From assembly GCA_902801415.1 (NCBI GenBank), contig CADCIK010000002.1:17912-81911 (forward strand): DNA of 64,000 nucleotides. Reading direction: 5' to 3'. This document shows, one piece after another, positions 57,174-64,000 of the stretch (positions are counted from its first letter, which is position 1; each line of letters begins with the position of its first letter). This stretch comes from an uncultured Lachnospiraceae bacterium (GTDB lineage: Bacteria > Bacillota > Clostridia > Lachnospirales > Lachnospiraceae). Position numbers and translations under genes: made by a program. The notes under the pieces are model-generated. The model searched no databases. It was not told the origin of the DNA and saw nothing but the letters and a program-made list of their open reading frames with translations.

Positions 57174-58202
57174 ATGAAGCAGGAACTTACAGATTCCAAA
57201 AAGAAACAGAATAGAGGCTTTGCAGTTGTGTTTGCAGTGCTCATCCTGGCAGTTCTGGCCGGTGCAGTGCTCAGCACAGCGCTGGGCAGTGTCTCGATCG
57301 AACCGGGAAGGATCATGGAGATCCTCGCGGGAGGCGGAAGTGTGCAGGAGAGGAATATTTTGACACAGATCCGGCTGCCGAGGATGTGTATGACGATCCT
57401 TCTGGGCGGCGCGCTGGCGGTGTCCGGATATCTGCTGCAGACCTTCTTCGGAAATCCCATTGCGGGGCCGTACGTGCTGGGAATCTCCTCAGGCGCGAAG
57501 CTTTTTGTCTGCGCAGTGATGCTCACGGTCGTGGGAAAGAGCGGCAGATCTTCAAGCGCCATTCTGGTGCTCGCGGCGTTTGCGGGTTCTTTGGCAGCAA
57601 CGGGCCTGATCGTGGGGCTGTCGCGGTATGTCCGCCACATGGCGTCTCTCCTTGCGGCCGGTATTATGATCGGCTATATCTGCAACGCATTGACGGACTT
57701 TCTGGTTACGTTTGCTGAGGACGCGCAGATCGCGAACCTTCGCGGCTGGTCTCAGGGCAGCTTTTCGGGAATGGACTGGAAGAGTGTGGCGGCCGCTGCA
57801 GTGATCGTGGCTGCCGCGATGACGCTCACGATACGGTGCAGCAAGCCGATCGGCGCCTTTGAACTTGGCGAGGCTTACGCGGCCAGCATGGGCGTCAATG
57901 TGCGCATGTACAGAGTGGTCCTGATCATGCTCTCCAGCCTTCTGTCCGCCTGTGTGACGGCCTTTGCGGGACCTGTGTCCTTTGTGGGCATTGCAGTGCC
58001 CTTTCTGATGCGGAAGAGCCTGCGCAGTTCCAGGCCGCTTGTTATGGTGCCGGCGTGCTTTCTGGGCGGGGCGGTCTTCTGCCTCTATTCGGACCTGATC
58101 GCACGGATGGTGTTTGCGCCGACGGAACTCAATATCAGCACAGTGACGTCTTTGATCGGAGCGCCTGTAGTCATATATATGCTGGCGGTAAGGAAAAGGT
58201 GA
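57174..58202 (+). CDS. BtuC/FecCD-family ABC transporter permease
   Basis: IRLPR, LQTFFGNPIAGPYVLGISSGA, LGEAYAASMGV, GPVSFVGIAVP, SLIGAP. Confidence 0.92.
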   Translation: MKQELTDSKKKQNRGFAVVFAVLILAVLAGAVLSTALGSVSIEPGRIMEILAGGGSVQERNILTQIRLPRMCMTILLGGALAVSGYLLQTFFGNPIAGPYVLGISSGAKLFVCAVMLTVVGKSGRSSSAILVLAAFAGSLAATGLIVGLSRYVRHMASLLAAGIMIGYICNALTDFLVTFAEDAQIANLRGWSQGSFSGMDWKSVAAAAVIVAAAMTLTIRCSKPIGAFELGEAYAASMGVNVRMYRVVLIMLSSLLSACVTAFAGPVSFVGIAVPFLMRKSLRSSRPLVMVPACFLGGAVFCLYSDLIARMVFAPTELNISTVTSLIGAPVVIYMLAVRKR

Positions 58203-58208
58203 TCCCAA

Positions 58209-60437
58209 ATGGAGAGATTTCTGCATCTGCACGGCCTTTCGGTGGGATATCCCACGCGGAAGGTCCTAGAGAATATCGAACTGGAAATTGAAAAGGGGGA
58301 GATCCTGACTCTGATCGGTCCCAACGGAGCAGGCAAATCCACGCTCCTGAAAAGCATCAGCGGGCAGCTGCCGCTGCTTGCCGGCTCTGTCATGATGCAG
58401 GGCCAAGACCTGGCGAAATGCGACGCGAAAGAGAGAGCCAGGAAAATGGCGGTCGTCCTGACGGAAGCAATCAGGCCGGAATACATGACCTGCCGTGAAG
58501 TATGCGCGGCGGGCCGTTACCCTTATACGGGACGCATGGGGATCCTTCGCAGGGAAGACGAGGATGCCGTGGACCGCGCGATGGCCCGCATGAAGGTGGA
58601 GGACCTTGCTGAGCGGGATTTTGGCGCGATCAGCGACGGGCAGAAGCAGCGGGTGCTTGTGGCGAGGGCGCTTGCGCAGGAGACGCCGGTCCTTCTCATG
58701 GATGAGCCCACCTCTTACCTGGATATCCGCTACAGGACGGAGCTGATGGAAACCCTGCGCGGACTTGCCGCAGAAGGGAAGACGATCCTGATGTCCCTGC
58801 ACGAGATCGATCTGGCGCTGGAAGTCAGCGACAGACTCCTGTGCGTAAAGGAAGGCGGCGAAGTATTCTGCGGAACGCCGCAGGAGGTGCTGACCGGTGA
58901 GAGGATCCGGGATTTGTTTGACATGCCTGCCGGAATGTACGAGAAACTCTTTAAAGAAAAGGCAGGTCAGGCAGCCCTTACGCAGCAGGACCACACCTTC
59001 TTCGCGAATCGGAGCTGCAAGTATTTCCCCTGTCACAAGACAGAGGATACAGACAACTTCAACTGCCTGTTCTGCTACTGCCCCCTCTATGGGATGGGGC
59101 CTGACTGCGGCGGCCATTTCCGCTATACGAAGAAAGGCGTCAAGGACTGCACGGGATGCCTGGTGCCCCACAAGAGAGAGAATTACCCTCTCATTATGGA
59201 GAAGCTGCGCGCAAGGAACCGCAGCGGGCAGACGGATGCAGCACTTGAAAATCACGGTGATCCTGGAAAGAAGGAAACGCCGGATATCTCAGAAATCCTG
59301 ACAACCGTTAACAGCGCGGAACCGCTCGCAGACTGCATTCGCGGCATTACGCCGCCCGACGCGGAAATAGCCCGGCTTGTGCGGGATGATCTGGACAATC
59401 TGGCTATGCCTCCGGGAAGCCTTGGCAAAATAGAGACAACAGCCGTCCGCATGGCCGCCATCACAGGAAGACGCAAGCCGCGCGCGGAACGCAGAAGGAT
59501 CGTAGTTCTATGTGCGGACAACGGCCTTGTGGAAGAGGGAATCGGAAGCGCGCCGCAGGAAGTGACCGCCGCACAGGCTGTAAATATGACCCGGGGACTG
59601 ACGGGAATGTCCTCGATCGCGGGATACAGAGGCGACCAGGTGCAGGTCGCGGATATCGGGATCGCGACAGATTATCACTGTGATAAGGTGCTCCCGCTCA
59701 ATGTCCGCAAGGGGACCGCGAACATCGTAAAGGGCCCCGCTATGACCAGAGATGAGGCAGAGCGGGCAATCCGCATCGGGATCGGGCTTGCAGAGCAGGC
59801 CTCCCGGGACAATATCGACATTGTCGGCGTCGGCGAGATGGGGATCGGGAATACGACGACTTCTGCGGCGGTGATCAGTGTTTTGACAAAAAGGACAGCG
59901 GAAGATGTGACAGGCCTTGGAGGCGGGATCACGGAAGATGCTTTCAGACACAAGGTGGAATGTGTGCGGAGGGCGGTCACTGTGAACAGTCCGGATCCGG
60001 AAGATCCTGTGGACGTACTTGCCAAAGTGGGCGGACTGGATCTCGCCGCTATGTGCGGCGTATTCCTGGGCTGTGCCCGATACAGGATCCCTGTCGTGAT
60101 CGACGGACTGATCTCAGCGGCAGCCGCTTTATGCGCTGTGCGGCTCTGTCCGGACTGCAGGCTTTACATGTTCCCCTCCCACGAATCGGCGGAGAAGGGA
60201 TACCGGATCGCTATGGAAGCGGTCGGGATCGAGCCCTGGTTCAAGCTGGATATGCGGCTTGGAGAGGGCAGCGGCTGCACGATGGCGTTTGGAGTGATGG
60301 AGGCGGCGTGCGCGGTCCTGGACCGCATGGCAACTTTTGAGAAAGCCGGCATAGACGACAGCTATCTGGACAAACTCAGACAAGACGTGACGGCGCGTGG
60401 TGAGATACAGACAGGGAGTTTACATGATCGGAAATAA
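58209..60437 (+). CDS. cobT: Fusion: BtuD/FepC-like ABC ATPase, Cys-rich small domain, and nicotinate-nucleotide-dimethylbenzimidazole phosphoribosyltransferase (CobT)
   Basis: GPNGAGKST, SDGQKQRV, MDEPTSYLD; CKYFPCH..FNCLFCYCPLY..C..DCTGCLVPH; PPGSLGKIE, ADNG, GEMGIGNTT, VGGLD, MRLGEGSG. Confidence 0.9.
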   Translation: MERFLHLHGLSVGYPTRKVLENIELEIEKGEILTLIGPNGAGKSTLLKSISGQLPLLAGSVMMQGQDLAKCDAKERARKMAVVLTEAIRPEYMTCREVCAAGRYPYTGRMGILRREDEDAVDRAMARMKVEDLAERDFGAISDGQKQRVLVARALAQETPVLLMDEPTSYLDIRYRTELMETLRGLAAEGKTILMSLHEIDLALEVSDRLLCVKEGGEVFCGTPQEVLTGERIRDLFDMPAGMYEKLFKEKAGQAALTQQDHTFFANRSCKYFPCHKTEDTDNFNCLFCYCPLYGMGPDCGGHFRYTKKGVKDCTGCLVPHKRENYPLIMEKLRARNRSGQTDAALENHGDPGKKETPDISEILTTVNSAEPLADCIRGITPPDAEIARLVRDDLDNLAMPPGSLGKIETTAVRMAAITGRRKPRAERRRIVVLCADNGLVEEGIGSAPQEVTAAQAVNMTRGLTGMSSIAGYRGDQVQVADIGIATDYHCDKVLPLNVRKGTANIVKGPAMTRDEAERAIRIGIGLAEQASRDNIDIVGVGEMGIGNTTTSAAVISVLTKRTAEDVTGLGGGITEDAFRHKVECVRRAVTVNSPDPEDPVDVLAKVGGLDLAAMCGVFLGCARYRIPVVIDGLISAAAALCAVRLCPDCRLYMFPSHESAEKGYRIAMEAVGIEPWFKLDMRLGEGSGCTMAFGVMEAACAVLDRMATFEKAGIDDSYLDKLRQDVTARGEIQTGSLHDRK

Positions 60438-61367
60438 AATGATCCTGTGCAGAATGATCAGTATAGTGATCGGGGCGTGTCTGGACCGCCTGATCGGGGA
60501 TCCGCAGTGGATGCCCCATCCCGTCCGCTGGATCGGGAGCCTGGTCTCGGCGCTGGAAAAGCTCCTGCGCCTGGACGGTGATTCCCCGGCGATCGAGAGG
60601 ATCAAGGGCGGCGCGACGGCCGTATTCGTTCTCTCCGTTGTGACCCAGATCTCGTGGGGCCTGCTCGTGAGAGCATACGCAGTGCACACGCTGGCGGGCA
60701 TAGCGCTGGAATCCATCCTTTGCTGTTATGCGCTGGCAGCCCGGAGCCTGCAGGATGCATCCATGGAAGTCTACAGTCCCCTTGTGGAGGACAGGCCTGC
60801 GCCCGCGTCGGGCCAAAACATTGAGAGAGCCCGCCCGTGGAGACAGTGGCGGAAAATACGGCGGACGGCGTGATCGCGCCTCTGTTCTACATGATGCTTG
60901 GCGGCGCAGCAGGAGCCATGGCCTACAAAGCGATCAACACCATGGATTCCATGATCGGATACAGAAATGAGAAATATCAATACTATGGCACAGTGGCAGC
61001 GAGGCTGGACGATATAGCGGGATTCATCCCGGCAAGGCTGAGCGGCCTTCTGCTGGTGGCGGCGGCCAAACTCACGGGGATGGACGCGGCAGGCGCGTGG
61101 CGGATCTTCAAGAGGGACCGCTACGCCCATAAGAGCCCCAATTCGGCGCAGTCGGAGAGCGCCTGCGCAGGCGCGCTGGGCGTGCAGCTGGCCGGAGACG
61201 CAGTATATTTTGGCCGGGTTGTGAAGAAGCCCTTCATAGGGGACCCGACCAGGGAGATCGAGGCGGAAGACATACCGCGGGCCAATCGCCTTATGTATAC
61301 TGCTTCGGGCCTGTGCCTTGTGCTTGTGATCGCATGTCTTGCGGTCGCAGCGCTGGTGATGCGATAA
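60424..61367 (+). pseudogene. cbiB: Adenosylcobinamide-phosphate synthase CbiB, frameshifted near 60835
   Basis: DRLIGDP..PHPVRWIG in one frame; VETVAENTADG, YKAINTMDSMIGY, ARLDD, HKSPN continue in another; the usual IVGRDT segment is absent. Confidence 0.85.
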
Positions 61368-61392
61368 GTAAATCTGCGGAAAGAGTGTGCTT

Positions 61393-63208
61393 ATGGAACG
61401 GGAATTACACATTGGCGGAGAACTGTCCCGATATGGAGTCCGTCTCCAAAGTGTGCGGAAAAGGGATCCTGCAGGAATGGACCGCGGAGAATTTCCGCCA
61501 AGGAAAAGTTCTCCTGTTCATCGGCGCCTGCGGGATTGCCGTGCGCGCCATTGCGCCGCATATTGGCGGGAAGGATACGGATCCGGCAGTGCTGGTCATG
61601 GATGAGAAAGGACGCCATGTGATTCCCATCCTGTCCGGACATCTGGGCGGGGCCAATGACTGGGCATGCAGGATCGCGCGGATGACCGGCGCGGAAGCGG
61701 TTCTGACGACTGCAACCGACGCGCAGAGCATGTTCGCCGTGGACCTTTTTGCAAAGCGCAATGGCCTGCAGATCGACGATCTGAAGAAGGCTAAACATTT
61801 CAGCGCCCGTCTCCTTGCGGAGAGGAAGGGCACACTGGTGCTTCCCGATGAGTATGAGCAGGATCTGACCTTTGAAGGCCAGGAACCGCCGGAGCTGGAA
61901 GTACGCAGCAGCGGAGAAAAGCTGCGGGAAGAGAGAACTCCGGGATCGGACGATCCTGAACAGAAGAGCTTCGAGAAGGGGAACGTTTTTACTGTTTCGC
62001 CCGCCATCTCAGCAGACGACACGCTGCATCTCATTCCCCGCTGCATTATCCTCGGAATGGGCTGCCGCAAGGGCAAGTCCGGGCAGGAGCTGGAGCAGTT
62101 CGCTCTCGACACTTTGCAGGAACTTGGTCTGGACCGCCGCGCAGTCTGCACCATTTCCTCCATCGATGTCAAAAAATCGGAGCCCGGCCTTCTCTCTCTG
62201 GCAGAATCGCTCGGCGTGCCCTTTGAGACATTTGACGCACATACGCTGCAAAACGCAGCCATAGAGAACTGGACATTTGCGGAATCGGAGCGCGTGCGGG
62301 AGACAGTCGGCGTCGGCAATGTCTGCGAGAGAGCTGCCGCGGCAGCCGGGGCGCACAGGATCCTTTTGGGCAAGACTGCGCGAGACGGAATGACCATCTG
62401 TGTGGGAATCCGTCCGGTAGAGCTGTCCTGGGGCACAGAGGAGAGGCCGGAAACAGGTGGAAGAACCTTGTATGTAATCGGCATCGGACCCGGAAGCCGG
62501 GAGGGGATGACGGAAGAGGCGAGGAGAGCACTGGCGCAGAGCGATACGATCGTCGGCTATTCGGTCTACAATGACCTTGTGAGACCGCTTTTCCCTTATA
62601 AGAGGTACCTGACCACACCTATGACGGGCGAGGAGAAGAGATGCCGTATGGCTCTCCAGGAAGCGGATGAGGGGCATACGGTGTCCCTGATCTGCAGCGG
62701 CGATCCCGGTGTTTACGGCATGGCAGGACTGGTACTGGAGATGGCAGAGGAATTCCCTGTGGTCGAAGTCCGGGTCATAAGCGGCGTCTCAGCCGCTATG
62801 AGCGGAGCCGCGCTCCTTGGCGCGCCGCTGATCCACGACTTCGCCGTGATCAGTCTCAGCGACAGGCTGACGCCCTGGGACAAGATCGAGAAGAGACTTC
62901 GCGCAGCTGCGGAAGCAGATTTATGCATTGTTCTCTACAATCCTTCGAGCAGGGGCAGGAAAGAACACCTGCACAAAGCGGCGCAGCTCCTGATGGAGAT
63001 CCTGCCGCCTTATCAGGTGTGCGGGATCGCGGACAGGATCGGCCGCGAAGGACAGGGGACCCGTGTCATGACACTGAAGGAATTGGCGGAAGCGGAGACC
63101 GATATGTTCTCCACCGTCTTCATCGGAAACAGCAGTACCAAACGGGTGGGTGACAAAATCGTGACGCCGCGTGGCTACCATACAGAAAAAGAGGTGAATC
63201 ATGAGTAA
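61393..63208 (+). CDS. cbiG: CbiG-CbiH fusion (cobalt-precorrin-5A hydrolase + precorrin-3B C17-methyltransferase); 5' end appears frameshifted or truncated (long frame has ATG at 61433)
   Basis: FIGACGIAVRAIAP, DPAVLV.DE, ILSGHLGGAN, TTATD, GMGCRKG, VGNVCERAA; then VIGIGPG, SGDPGVYGMAG, HDFAVISLSD.LTPW, LYNP, TPRGY. Confidence 0.85.
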
Positions 63209-64000
63209 ATTCGGGACAGAGATCCTTCTGTTTGCAGGCACAACAGAGGGGCGCGAACTAGCGGATCGTCTATCAGACGCAGGCGTGTGCTGCACGGTGA
63301 GTGTGGCGACGGAATACGGAGCGCAGATCCTCGGGCCGGGAAAAGGGCGGAATGTTCTGCAGGGAAGGCTCACAGAGGAGCAGATGGAATTTCTGATTCG
63401 CGAGGAGGAGTTTACATGCGTTGTAGATGCGACCCACCCCTTCGCGACGGAGGTCTCAGCGCAGATCAGAAAAGCCTGCGAGGAGACAGATGTCCCTTAT
63501 CTGCGCCTTGCAAGGGACACAGAAGGAGAACTTCCTGCCGGCGGATTCGGAGTTTATGAAGCGGCTTCGATGCAGGATGCAGCGAAGATTCTGTGCGGCA
63601 TACCCGGCAACCTGTTTCTTACGACAGGGAGCAAAGATCTGCCGCTTCTGGCCGCAGAGATCGGAGAGCCCCAAAGACTGTATGTCCGTGTGCTGCCGTC
63701 CGTAGAGAGCTTGAGGATCTGCATGGAATGCGGGATTCCCGCCGGGCACCTGATTGCCATGCAAGGCCCTTTCACACAGGAACTCAATGTGGACATACTA
63801 TTACAGACCGGGGCAAAGGCAGTACTCACTAAAGAGAGCGGCAAGCTGGGCGGATTTGACGAAAAAGTCGCGGCCGCCAGGGAAGTAGGGATTCCGATCG
63901 TGGTCGTCCGCAATCCTGAAAAAAAGACAGAGGACAGTGAGCTTCTGTCTTTTGACGAGGTATTGGAGCGCCTCACGAAGATCACAGGGGTAGGCGAGAT
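63201..64000 (+). CDS. cbiJ: Precorrin-6A / cobalt-precorrin-6A reductase; runs off the 3' end of the window
   Basis: ATG 63201 after GAGGTG; ILLFAGTTEGR, VATEYG, VDATHPFA, LTTGSK, AMQGPF, TKESG..GG..EK. Confidence 0.92.
   Translation, partial: MSKFGTEILLFAGTTEGRELADRLSDAGVCCTVSVATEYGAQILGPGKGRNVLQGRLTEEQMEFLIREEEFTCVVDATHPFATEVSAQIRKACEETDVPYLRLARDTEGELPAGGFGVYEAASMQDAAKILCGIPGNLFLTTGSKDLPLLAAEIGEPQRLYVRVLPSVESLRICMECGIPAGHLIAMQGPFTQELNVDILLQTGAKAVLTKESGKLGGFDEKVAAAREVGIPIVVVRNPEKKTEDSELLSFDEVLERLTKITGVGE

Noticed and set aside
60820-60845. Programmed ribosomal frameshift in cbiB (also considered for Uma2 at 48329)
   Set aside because: No slippery heptamer or homopolymer, and conserved residues are missing, which points to deletion

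Overview
A 64-kb chromosomal window from a GC-rich, anaerobic Firmicute. The gene set and protein sequences suggest Lachnospiraceae (butyryl-CoA:acetate CoA-transferase, permuted GH3, cobalamin genes); this taxonomic call is an inference. Most of it is housekeeping and metabolic: end of metH, deoC, trxA/trxB, but, an OmpR-type two-component pair, an NlpC/P60 hydrolase, tex, GH3 plus ROK, dapA, serA, larB/larC, malic enzyme, galK, glycogen phosphorylase, two MgtC genes and an SSS symporter. It also carries four GT-C-like membrane proteins. The last ~15 kb is a cobalamin-riboswitch-led B12 operon with unusual architecture: a lipoprotein CbiK with extra N-terminal domains, a two-domain corrinoid-binding lipoprotein, an ABC-ATPase/Cys-rich/CobT triple fusion, and apparently broken cbiB and cbiG. 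No rRNA, tRNA, CRISPR array, transposase or integrase was recognised. Best leads: (1) the B12 operon looks like a surface capture, metalation and remodelling system; (2) an ECF sigma / RsbW-like / double-glycine-leader small-protein module; (3) a promoter-to-terminator GGA-rich small transcript with a duplicated unit and a 5-codon ORF upstream of the two-component system; (4) four short deletions in conserved motifs within 14 kb. Product calls come from motif recognition by eye; no database search was run.
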